Source of the DNA: Auanema rhodensis
Lineage: Eukaryota; Animalia; Nematoda
Direction: 5' to 3'
Length of the DNA stretch: 64,000 nt
Assembly (NCBI GenBank): GCA_964057225.1
Contig: CAXKVF010000097.1
Coordinates: 38,189 to 102,188, forward strand
In this document: in pieces, positions 1 to 12,672 of the stretch
Numbering within the stretch: the first letter of the stretch is position 1
How the letters are laid out: each line of letters begins with the position of its first letter
The notes under the pieces: generated by a model
Database searches by the model: none
What the model was told of the DNA's origin: nothing
What the model saw: the letters and a program-made list of their open reading frames with translations, nothing else
Position numbers and translations under genes: made by a program

Positions 1-87
1 AGACTAATATGGACATGGGGAATCTAATTTTGAAAACCGCATTTCTTTATCTTTCACGTGAAGCGAGTTACATACCAAGTGCACATC

Positions 88-124
88 ACGTGTACATTTA
101 ATTAGCATAAATTAAAGTTCACGT
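88..124. other. Imperfect inverted repeat present in every monomer (first copy given)
   Basis: ACGTGTACATTTAATT (88-103) versus the reverse complement of AATTAAAGTTCACGT (110-124), which is ACGTGAACTTTAATT: one mismatch, one bulged base, 6-nt loop AGCATA. Confidence 0.85.
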
Positions 125-136
125 AAATTTCAAAGT

Positions 137-149
137 CATGGTTACCATG
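137..149. other. Interrupted palindrome CATGGT-T-ACCATG in the monomer consensus (first copy given)
   Basis: 6-bp arms around a single T. It extends to TCATGGTTACCATGA (7-bp arms) in monomers with A at position 150. Confidence 0.9.
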
Positions 150-1408
150 CACCAATATCAATAAAAATTTCTTTTTAGACTAATATGGACATGGGGAATC
201 TAATTTTGAAAACCGCATCTCTTTATCTTTCACGTGAAGCGAGTTACATACCAAGTGCACATCACGTGTACATTTAATTAGCATAAATTAAAGTTCACGT
301 AAATTTCAAAGTCATGGTTACCATGAACCAATATCAATAAAAATTTGTTTTTAGACTAATATGGACATGGGGAATCTAATTTTGAAAACCGCATCTCTTT
401 ATCTTTCACGTGAAGCGAGTTACATACCAAGTGCACATCACGTGTACATTTAATTAGCATAAATTAAAGTTCACGTAAATTTCAAAGTCATGGTTACCAT
501 GAAGCAATATCAATAAAAATTTGTTTTTAGACTAATATGGACATGGGGAATCTAATTTTGAAAACCGCATCTCTTTATCTTTCACGTGAAGCGAGTTACA
601 TACCAAGTGCACATCACGTGTACATTTAATTAGCATAAATTAAAGTTCACGTAAATTTCAAAGTCATGGTTACCATGAACCAATATCAATAAAAATTTGT
701 TTTTAGACTAATATGGACATGGGGAATCTAATTTTGAAAACCGCATCTCTTTATCTTTCACGTGAAGCGAGTTACATACCAAGTGCACATCACGTGTACA
801 TTTAATTAGCATAAATTAAAGTTCACGTAAAATTCAAAGTCATGGTTACCATGCACCAATATCAATAAAAATTTGTTTTTAGACTAATATGGACATGGGG
901 AATCTAATTTTGAAAACCGCATCTCTTTATCTTTCACGTGAAGCGAGTTACATACCAAGTGCACATCACGTGTACATTTAATTAGCATAAATTAAAGTTC
1001 ACGTAAATTTCAAAGTCATGGTTACCATGAACCAATATCAATAAAAATTTGTTTTTAGACTAATATGGACATGGGGAATCTAATTTTGAAAATCGCATCT
1101 CTTTATCTTTCACGTGAAGCGAGTTACATACCAAGTGCACATCACGTGTACATTTAATTAGCATAAATTAAAGTTCACGTAAATTTCAAAGTCATGGTTA
1201 CCATGAACCAATATCAATAAAAATTTGTTTTTAGACTAATATGGACATGGGGAATCTAATTTTGAAAACCGCATCTCTTTATCTTTCATGTGAAGCGAGT
1301 TACATACCAAGTGCACATCACGTGTACATTTAATTAGCATAAATTAAAGTTCACGTAAATTTCAAAGTCATGGTTACCATGAAGCAATATCAATAAAAAT
1401 TTGTTTTT

Positions 1409-4400
1409 AGACTAATATGGACATGGGGAATCTAATTTTGAAAACCGCATCTCTTTATCTTGCACGTGAAGCGAGTTACATACCAAGTGCACATCACGTG
1501 TACATTTAATTAGCATAAATTAAAGTTCACGTAAATTTCAAAGTCATGGTTACCATGAACCAATATCAATAAAAATTTGTTTTTAGACTAATATGGACAT
1601 GGGGAATCTAATTTTGAAAACCGCATCTCTTTATCTTTCACGTGAAGCGAGTTACATACCAAGTGCACATCACGTGTACATTTAATTAGCATAAATTAAA
1701 GTTCACGTAAATTTCAAAGTCATGGTTACCATGAACCAATATCAATAAAAATTTGTTTTTAGACTAATATGGACATGGGGAATCTAATTTTGAAAACCGC
1801 ATTTCTTTATCTTTCACGTGAAGCGAGTTACATACCAAGTGCACATCACGTGTACATTTAATTAGCATAAATTAAAGTTCACGTAAATTTCAAAGTCATG
1901 GTTACCATGCACCAATATCAATAAAAATTTGTTTTTAGACTAATATGGACATGGGGAATCTAATTTTGAAAACCGCATCTCTTTATCTTTCACGTGAAGC
2001 GAGTTACATACCAAGTGCACATCACGTGTACATTTAATTAGCATAAATTAAAGTTCACGTAAATTTCAAAGTCATGGTTACCATGAACCAATATCAATAA
2101 AAATTTGTTTTTAGACTAATATGGACATGGGGAATCTAATTTTGAAAACCGCATCTCTTTATCTTTCACGTGAAGCGAGTTACATACCAAGTGCACATCA
2201 CGTGTACATTTAATTAGCATAAATTAAAGTTCACGTAAATTTCAAAGTCATGGTTACCATGAACCAATATCAATAAAAATTTGTTTTTAGACTAATATGG
2301 ACATGGGGAATCTAATTTTGAAAACCGCATCTCTTTATCTTTCACGTGAAGCGAGTTACATTCCAAGTGCACATCACGTGTACATTTAATTAGCATAAAT
2401 TAAAGTTCACGTAAACTTCAAAGTCATGGTTACCATGAAGCAATATCAATAAAAATTTGTTTTTAGACTAATATGGACATGGGGAATCTAATTTTGAAAA
2501 CCGCATCTCTTTATCTTTCACGTGAAGCGAGTTACATACCAAGTGCACATCACGTGTACATTTAATTAGCATAAATTAAAGTTCACGTAAATTTCAAAGT
2601 CATGGTTACCATGAACCAATATCAATAAAAATTTGTTTTTAGACTAATATGGACATGAGGAATCTAATTTTGAGAACCGCATCTCTTTATCTTTCACGTG
2701 AAGCGAGTTACATACCAAGTGCACATCACGTGTACATTTAATTAGCATAAATTAAAGTTCACGTAAATTTCAAAGTCATGGTTACCATGCACCAATATCA
2801 ATAAAAATTTGTTTTTAGACTAATATGGACATGGGGAATCTAATTTTGAAAACCGCATCTCTTTATCTTTCACGTGAAGCGAGTTACATACCAAGTGCAC
2901 ATCACGTGTACATTTAATTAGCATAAATTAAAGTTCACGTAAATTTCAAAGTCATGGTTACCATGAACCAATATCAATAAAAATTTGTTTTTAGACTAAT
3001 ATGGACATGGGGAATCTAATTTTGAAAACCGCATCTCTTTATCTTTCACGTGAAGCGAGTTACATTCCAAGTGCACATCACGTGTACATTTAATTAGCAT
3101 AAATTAAAGTTCACGTAAATTTCAAAGTCATGGTTACCATGAACCAATATCAATAAAAATTTGTTTTTAGACTAATATGGACATGGGGAATCTAATTTTG
3201 AAAACCGCATCTCTTTATCTTTCACGTGAAGCGAGTTACATACCAAGTGCACATCACGTGTACATTTAATTAGCATAAATTAAAGTTCACGTAAATTTCA
3301 AAGTCATGGTTACCATGAAGCAATATCAATAAAAATTTGTTTTTAGACTAATATGGACATGGGGAATCTAATTTTGAAAACCGCATCTCTTTATCTTTCA
3401 CGTGAAGCGAGTTACATACCAAGTGCACATCACGTGTACATTTAATTAGCATAAATTAAAGTTCACGTAAATTTCAAAGTCATGGTTACCATGCACCAAT
3501 ATCAATAAAAATTTGTTTTTAGACTAATATGGACATGGGGAATCTAATTTTGAAAACCGCATCTCTTTATCTTTCACGTGAAGCGAGTTACATACCAAGT
3601 GCACATCACGTGTACATTTAATTAGCATAAATTAAAGTTCACGTAAATTTCAAAGTCATGGTTACCATGAACCAATATCAATAAAAATTTGTTTTTAGAC
3701 TAATATGGACATGGGGAATCTAATTTTGAAAACCGCATCTCTTTATCTTTCACGTGAAGCGAGTTACATACCAAGTGCACATCACGTGTACATTTAATTA
3801 GCATAAATTAAAGTTCACGTAAATTTCAAAGTCATGGTTACCATGAAGCAATATCAATAAAAATTTGTTTTTAGACTAATATGGACATGGGGAATCTAAT
3901 TTTGAAAACCGCATCTCTTTATCTTGCACGTGAAGCGAGTTACATACCAAGTGCACATCACGTGTACATTTAATTAGCATAAATTAAAGTTCACGTAAAT
4001 TTCAAAGTCATGGTTACCATGAACCAATATCAATAAAAATTTGTTTTTAGACTAATATGGACATGGGGAATCTAATTTTGAAAACCGCATCTCTTTATCT
4101 TTCACGTGAAGCGAGTTACATACCAAGTGCACATCACGTGTACATTTAATTAGCATAAATTAAAGTTCACGTAAATTTCAAAGTCATGGTTACCATGAAC
4201 CAATATCAATAAAAATTTGTTTTTAGACTAATATGGACATGGGGAATCTAATTTTGAAAACCGCATTTCTTTATCTTTCACGTGAAGCGAGTTACATACC
4301 AAGTGCACATCACGTGTACATTTAATTAGCATAAATTAAAGTTCACGTAAATTTCAAAGTCATGGTTACCATGCACCAATATCAATAAAAATTTGTTTTT

Positions 4401-6336
4401 AGACTAATATGGACATGGGGAATCTAATTTTGAAAACCGCATCTCTTTATCTTTCACGTGAAGCGAGTTACATACCAAGTGCACATCACGTGTACATTTA
4501 ATTAGCATAAATTAAAGTTCACGTAAATTTCAAAGTCATGGTTACCATGAACCAATATCAATAAAAATTTGTTTTTAGACTAATATGGACATGGGGAATC
4601 TAATTTTGAAAACCGCATCTCTTTATCTTTCACGTGAAGCGAGTTACATACCAAGTGCACATCACGTGTACATTTAATTAGCATAAATTAAAGTTCACGT
4701 AAATTTCAAAGTCATGGTTACCATGAACCAATATCAATAAAAATTTGTTTTTAGACTAATATGGACATGGGGAATCTAATTTTGAAAACCGCATCTCTTT
4801 ATCTTTCACGTGAAGCGAGTTACATTCCAAGTGCACATCACGTGTACATTTAATTAGCATAAATTAAAGTTCACGTAAACTTCAAAGTCATGGTTACCAT
4901 GAAGCAATATCAATAAAAATTTGTTTTTAGACTAATATGGACATGGGGAATCTAATTTTGAAAACCGCATCTCTTTATCTTTCACGTGAAGCGAGTTACA
5001 TACCAAGTGCACATCACGTGTACATTTAATTAGCATAAATTAAAGTTCACGTAAATTTCAAAGTCATGGTTACCATGAACCAATATCAATAAAAATTTGT
5101 TTTTAGACTAATATGGACATGAGGAATCTAATTTTGAGAACCGCATCTCTTTATCTTTCACGTGAAGCGAGTTACATACCAAGTGCACATCACGTGTACA
5201 TTTAATTAGCATAAATTAAAGTTCACGTAAATTTCAAAGTCATGGTTACCATGCACCAATATCAATAAAAATTTGTTTTTAGACTAATATGGACATGGGG
5301 AATCTAATTTTGAAAACCGCATCTCTTTATCTTTCACGTGAAGCGAGTTACATACCAAGTGCACATCACGTGTACATTTAATTAGCATAAATTAAAGTTC
5401 ACGTAAATTTCAAAGTCATGGTTACCATGAACCAATATCAATAAAAATTTGTTTTTAGACTAATATGGACATGGGGAATCTAATTTTGAAAACCGCATCT
5501 CTTTATCTTTCACGTGAAGCGAGTTACATTCCAAGTGCACATCACGTGTACATTTAATTAGCATAAATTAAAGTTCACGTAAATTTCAAAGTCATGGTTA
5601 CCATGAACCAATATCAATAAAAATTTGTTTTTAGACTAATATGGACATGGGGAATCTAATTTTGAAAACCGCATCTCTTTATCTTTCACGTGAAGCGAGT
5701 TACATACCAAGTGCACATCACGTGTACATTTAATTAGCATAAATTAAAGTTCACGTAAATTTCAAAGTCATGGTTACCATGAAGCAATATCAATAAAAAT
5801 TTGTTTTTAGACTAATATGGACATGGGGAATCTAATTTTGAAAACCGCATCTCTTTATCTTTCACGTGAAGCGAGTTACATACCAAGTGCACATCACGTG
5901 TACATTTAATTAGCATAAATTAAAGTTCACGTAAATTTCAAAGTCATGGTTACCATGCACCAATATCAATAAAAATTTGTTTTTAGACTAATATGGACAT
6001 GGGGAATCTAATTTTGAAAACCGCATCTCTTTATCTTTTACGTGAAGCGAGTTACATACCAAGTGCACATCACGTGTACATTTAATTAGCATAAATTAAA
6101 GTTCACGTAAATTTCAAAGTCATGGTTACCATGAACCAATATCAATAAAAATTTGTTTTTAGACTAATATGGACATGGGGAATCTAATTTTGAAAACCGC
6201 ATCTCTTTATCTTTCACGTGAAGCGAGTTACATACCAAGTGCACATCACGTGTACATTTAATTAGCATAAATTAAAGTTCACGTAAATTTCAAAGTCATG
6301 GTTACCATGAAGCAATATCAATAAAAATTTGTTTTT
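1409..6336. repeat. Higher-order repeat: 14-monomer (2464-bp) tandem duplication
   Basis: Rare variants recur 2464 bp apart: T54G at 1462/3926, C43T at 1803/4267, G18A+A34G at 2658/5122. The order of GAACC/GCACC/GAAGC monomer types is the same in both copies. Confidence 0.9.
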
Positions 6337-9300
6337 AGACTAATATGGACATGGGGAATCTAATTTTGAAAACCGCATCTCTTTATCTTTCACGTGAAGC
6401 GAGTTACATACCAAGTGCACATCACGTGTACATTTAATTAGCATAAATTAAAGTTCACGTAAACTTCAAAGTCATGGTTACCATGAAGCAATATCAATAA
6501 AAATTTGTTTTTAGACTAATATGGACATGGGGAATCTAATTTTGAAAACCGCATCTCTTTATCTTTCACGTGAAGCGAGTTACATACCAAGTGCACATCA
6601 CGTGTACATTTAATTAGCATAAATTAAAGTTCACGTAAATTTCAAAGTCATGGTTACCATGAACCAATATCAATAAAAATTTGTTTTTAGACTAATATGG
6701 ACATGAGGAATCTAATTTTGAGAACCGCATCTCTTTATCTTTCACGTGAAGCGAGTTACATACCAAGTGCACATCACGTGTACATTTAATTAGCATAAAT
6801 TAAAGTTCACGTAAATTTCAAAGTCATGGTTACCATGCACCAATATCAATAAAAATTTGTTTTTAGACTAATATGGACATGGGGAATCTAATTTTGAAAA
6901 CCGCATCTCTTTATCTTTCACGTGAAGCGAGTTACATACCAAGTGCACATCACGTGTACATTTAATTAGCATAAATTAAAGTTCACGTAAATTTCAAAGT
7001 CATGGTTACCATGAACCAATATCAATAAAAATTTGTTTTTAGACTAATATGGACATGGGGAATCTAATTTTGAAAACCGCATCTCTTTATCTTTCACGTG
7101 AAGCGAGTTACATTCCAAGTGCACATCACGTGTACATTTAATTAGCATAAATTAAAGTTCACGTACATTTCAAAGTCATGGTTACCATGAACCAATATCA
7201 ATAAAAATTTGTTTTTAGACTAATATGGACATGGGGAATCTAATTTTGAAAACCGCATCTCTTTATCTTTCACGTGAAGCGAGTTACATACCAAGTGCAC
7301 ATCACGTGTACATTTAATTAGCATAAATTAAAGTTCACGTAAATTTCAAAGTCATGGTTACCATGAAGCAATATCAATAAAAATTTGTTTTTAGACTAAT
7401 ATGGACATGGGGAATCTAATTTTGAAAACCGCATCTCTTTATCTTTCACGTGAAGCGAGTTACATACCAAGTGCACATCACGTGTACATTTAATTAGCAT
7501 AAATTAAAGTTCACGTAAATTTCAAAGTCATGGTTACCATGCACCAATATCAATAAAAATTTGTTTTTAGACTAATATGGACATGGGGAATCTAATTTTG
7601 AAAACCGCATCTCTTTATCTTTCACGTGAAGCGAGTTACATACCAAGTGCACATCACGTGTACATTTAATTAGCATAAATTAAAGTTCACGTAAATTTCA
7701 AAGTCATGGTTACCATGAACCAATATCAATAAAAATTTGTTTTTAGACTAATATGGACATGGGGAATCTAATTTTGAAAACCGCATCTCTTTATCTTTCA
7801 CGTGAAGCGAGTTACATACCAAGTGCACATCACGTGTACATTTAATTAGCATAAATTAAAGTTCACGTAAATTTCAAAGTCATGGTTACCATGAAGCAAT
7901 ATCAATAAAAATTTGTTTTTAGACTAATATGGACATGGGGAATCTAATTTTGAAAACCGCATCTCTTTATCTTGCACGTGAAGCGAGTTACATACCAAGT
8001 GCACATCACGTGTACATTTAATTAGCATAAATTAAAGTTCACGTAAATTTCAAAGTCATGGTTACCATGAACCAATATCAATAAAAATTTGTTTTTAGAC
8101 TAATATGGACATGGGGAATCTAATTTTGAAAACCGCATCTCTTTATCTTTCACGTGAAGCGAGTTACATACCAAGTGCACATCACGTGTACATTTAATTA
8201 GCATAAATTAAAGTTCACGTAAATTTCAAAGTCATGGTTACCATGAACCAATATCAATAAAAATTTGTTTTTAGACTAATATGGACATGGGGAATCTAAT
8301 TTTGAAAACCGCATTTCTTTATCTTTCACGTGAAGCGAGTTACATACCAAGTGCACATCACGTGTACATTTAATTAGCATAAATTAAAGTTCACGTAAAT
8401 TTCAAAGTCATGGTTACCATGCACCAATATCAATAAAAATTTGTTTTTAGACTAATATGGACATGGGGAATCTAATTTTGAAAACCGCATCTCTTTATCT
8501 TTCACGTGAAGCGAGTTACATACCAAGTGCACATCACGTGTACATTTAATTAGCATAAATTAAAGTTCACGTAAATTTCAAAGTCATGGTTACCATGAAC
8601 CAATATCAATAAAAATTTGTTTTTAGACTAATATGGACATGGGGAATCTAATTTTGAAAACCGCATCTCTTTATCTTTCACGTGAAGCGAGTTACATACC
8701 AAGTGCACATCACGTGTACATTTAATTAGCATAAATTAAAGTTCACGTAAATTTCAAAGTCATGGTTACCATGAACCAATATCAATAAAAATTTGTTTTT
8801 AGACTAATATGGACATGGGGAATCTAATTTTGAAAACCGCATCTCTTTATCTTTCACGTGAAGCGAGTTACATTCCAAGTGCACATCACGTGTACATTTA
8901 ATTAGCATAAATTAAAGTTCACGTAAACTTCAAAGTCATGGTTACCATGAAGCAATATCAATAAAAATTTGTTTTTAGACTAATATGGACATGGGGAATC
9001 TAATTTTGAAAACCGCATCTCTTTATCTTTCACGTGAAGCGAGTTACATACCAAGTGCACATCACGTGTACATTTAATTAGCATAAATTAAAGTTCACGT
9101 AAATTTCAAAGTCATGGTTACCATGAACCAATATCAATAAAAATTTGTTTTTAGACTAATATGGACATGAGGAATCTAATTTTGAGAACCGCATCTCTTT
9201 ATCTTTCACGTGAAGCGAGTTACATACCAAGTGCACATCACGTGTACATTTAATTAGCATAAATTAAAGTTCACGTAAATTTCAAAGTCATGGTTACCAT

Positions 9301-10384
9301 GCACCAATATCAATAAAAATTTGTTTTTAGACTAATATGGACATGGGGAATCTAATTTTGAAAACCGCATCTCTTTATCTTTCACGTGAAGCGAGTTACA
9401 TACCAAGTGCACATCACGTGTACATTTAATTAGCATAAATTAAAGTTCACGTAAATTTCAAAGTCATGGTTACCATGAACCAATATCAATAAAAATTTGT
9501 TTTTAGACTAATATGGACATGGGGAATCTAATTTTGAAAACCGCATCTCTTTATCTTTCACGTGAAGCGAGTTACATTCCAAGTGCACATCACGTGTACA
9601 TTTAATTAGCATAAATTAAAGTTCACGTAAATTTCAAAGTCATGGTTACCATGAACCAATATCAATAAAAATTTGTTTTTAGACTAATATGGACATGGGG
9701 AATCTAATTTTGAAAACCGCATCTCTTTATCTTTCACGTGAAGCGAGTTACATACCAAGTGCACATCACGTGTACATTTAATTAGCATAAATTAAAGTTC
9801 ACGTAAATTTCAAAGTCATGGTTACCATGAAGCAATATCAATAAAAATTTGTTTTTAGACTAATATGGACATGGGGAATCTAATTTTGAAAACCGCATCT
9901 CTTTATCTTTCACGTGAAGCGAGTTACATACCAAGTGCACATCACGTGTACATTTAATTAGCATAAATTAAAGTTCACGTAAATTTCAAAGTCATGGTTA
10001 CCATGCACCAATATCAATAAAAATTTGTTTTTAGACTAATATGGACATGGGGAATCTAATTTTGAAAACCGCATCTCTTTATCTTTTACGTGAAGCGAGT
10101 TACATACCAAGTGCACATCACGTGTACATTTAATTAGCATAAATTAAAGTTCACGTAAATTTCAAAGTCATGGTTACCATGAACCAATATCAATAAAAAT
10201 TTGTTTTTAGACTAATATGGACATGGGGAATCTAATTTTGAAAACCGCATCTCTTTATCTTTCACGTGAAGCGAGTTACATACCAAGTGCACATCACGTG
10301 TACATTTAATTAGCATAAATTAAAGTTCACGTAAATTTCAAAGTCATGGTTACCATGAAGCAATATCAATAAAAATTTGTTTTT
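2289..10384. repeat. Higher-order repeat: 23-monomer (4048-bp) tandem duplication overlying the 14-mer
   Basis: Markers recur 4048 bp apart: G18A at 2658/6706 and 5122/9170, T54G at 3926/7974, C55T at 6039/10087. Confidence 0.88.
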
Positions 10385-11792
10385 AGACTAATATGGACAT
10401 GGGGAATCTAATTTTGAAAACCGCATCTCTTTATCTTTCACGTGAAGCGAGTTACATACCAAGTGCACATCACGTGTACATTTAATTAGCATAAATTAAA
10501 GTTCACGTAAATTTCAAAGTCATGGTTACCATGAAGCAATATCAATAAAAATTTGTTTTTAGACTAATATGGACATGGGGAATCTAATTTTGAAAACCGC
10601 ATCTCTTTATCTTTCACGTGAAGCGAGTTACATACCAAGTGCACATCACGTGTACATTTAATTAGCATAAATTAAAGTTCACGTAAATTTCAAAGTCATG
10701 GTTACCATGAAGCAATATCAATAAAAATTTGTTTTTAGACTAATATGGACATGGGGAATCTAACTTTGAAAACCGCATCTCTTTATCTTTCACGTGAAGC
10801 GAGTTACATACCAAGTGCACATCACGTGTACATTTAATTAGCATAAATTAAAGTTCACGTAAATTTCAAAGTCATGGTTACCATGAACCAATATCAATAA
10901 AAATTTGTTTTTAGACTAATATGGACATGGGGAATCTAATTTTGAAAACCGCATCTCTTTATCTTTCACGTGAAGCGAGTTACATACCAAGTGCACATCA
11001 CGTGTACATTTAATTAGCATAAATTAAAGTTCACGTAAATTTCAAAGTCATGGTTACCATGAACCAATATCAATAAAAATTTGTTTTTAAACTAATATGG
11101 ACATGGGGAATCTAAATTTGAAAACCGCATCTCTTTATCTTTCACGTGAAGCGAGTTACATACCAAGTGCACATCACGTGTACATTTAATTAGCATAAAT
11201 TAAAGTTCACGTAAATTTCAAAGTCATGGTTACCATGCACCAATATCAATAAAAATTTGTTTTTAGTTTAATATGGACATGGGGAATCTAATTTTGAAAA
11301 CCGCATCTCTTCATCTTTCACGTGAAGCGAGTTACATACCAAGTGCACATCACGTGTACATTTAATTAGCATAAATTAAAGTTCACGTAAATTTCAAAGT
11401 CATGGTTACCATGAAGCAATATCAATAAAAATTTGTTTTTAGACTAATATGGACATGGGGAATCTAATTTTGAAAACCGCATCTCTTTATCTTTCACGTG
11501 AAGCGAGTTACATACCAAGTGCACATCACGTGTACATTTAATTAGCATAAATTAAAGTTCACGTAAATTTCAAAGTCATGGTTACCATGAACCAATATCA
11601 ATAAAAATTTGTTTTTAGACTAATATGGACATGGGGAATCTAATTTTGAAAACCGCATCTCTTTATCTTTCACGTGAAGCGAGTTACATACCAAGTGCAC
11701 ATCACGTGTACATTTAATTAGCATAAATTAAAGTTCACGTAAATTTCAAAGTCATGGTTACCATGAAGCAATATCAATAAAAATTTGTTTTT

Positions 11793-12496
11793 CGACTAAT
11801 ATGGACATGGGGAATCTAATTTTGAAAACCGCATCTCTTTATCTTTCACGTGAAGCGAGTTACATACCAAGTGCACATCACGTGTACATTTAATTAGCAT
11901 AAATTAAAGTTCACGTAAATTTCAAAGTCATGGTTACCATGCACCAATATCAATAAAAATTTGTTTTTAGACTAATATGGACATGGGGAATCTAATGTTG
12001 AAAACCGCATCTCTTTTTCTTTCACGTGAAGCGAGTTACATACCAAGTGCACATCACGTGTACATTTAATTAGCATAAATTAAAGTTCACGTAAATTTCA
12101 AAGTCATGGTTACCATGAAGCAATATCAATAAAAATTTGTTTTTAGACTAATATGGACATGGGGAATCTAATTTTGAAAACCGCATCTCTTTATCTTTCA
12201 CGTGAAGCGAGTTACATACCAAGTGCACATCACGTGTACATTTAATTAGCATAAATTAAAGTTCACGTAAATTTCAAAGTCATGGTTACCATGCACCAAT
12301 ATCAATAAAAATTTGTTTTTAGACTAATATGGACATGGGGAATCTAATGTTGAAAACCGCATCTCTTTTTCTTTCACGTGAAGCGAGTTACATACCAAGT
12401 GCACATCACGTGTACATTTAATTAGCATAAATTAAAGTTCACGTAAATTTCAAAGTCATGGTTACCATGAAGCAATATCAATAAAAATTTGTTTTT
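11793..12496. repeat. 2-monomer (352-bp) duplication
   Basis: The double variant T29G+A49T (TAATGTTG...CTCTTTTTCT) occurs only in the monomers starting at 11969 and 12321, each preceded by a GCACC-type monomer. Confidence 0.8.
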
Positions 12497-12672
12497 AGAC
12501 TAATATGGACATGGGGAATCTAATTTTGAAAACCGCATCTCTTTATCTTGCACGTGAAGCGAGTTACATACCAAGTGCACATCACGTGTACATTTAATTA
12601 GCATAAATTAAAGTTCACGTAAATTTCAAAGTCATGGTTACCATGAACCAATATCAATAAAAATTTGTTTTT

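Noticed and set aside
160-165. AATAAA polyadenylation signal and TAATTA homeodomain-like site in each monomer
   Set aside because: Expected by chance in 68% AT sequence, with no transcription unit to give them context.
28-171. Multi-allelic sites (28, 46, 48, 54, 127, 128, 171) as mutation hotspots
   Set aside because: With ~60 variants over 176 positions, about this many double-hit sites are expected by chance.
1-176. Identity with known similar-length satellites (Brassica CentBr 176 bp, honeybee AluI 176 bp, Arabidopsis CEN178, primate alpha satellite)
   Set aside because: Only the length is similar. The consensus has no AAGCTT or AGCT site and I recognise no sequence similarity. A database search is needed for any assignment.
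1-176. tRNA, 5S rRNA, snRNA or spliced-leader gene tandem array
   Set aside because: No cloverleaf, no convincing pol III A/B or C boxes and no recognisable conserved RNA sequence. The T5 run alone is not sufficient evidence of a terminator.
85-176. Budding-yeast-type point centromere (CDEI-CDEII-CDEIII)
   Set aside because: A CDEI-like 8-mer is present, but the following DNA is not the >90% AT CDEII, there is no properly placed CDEIII, and point centromeres are not tandemly arrayed.
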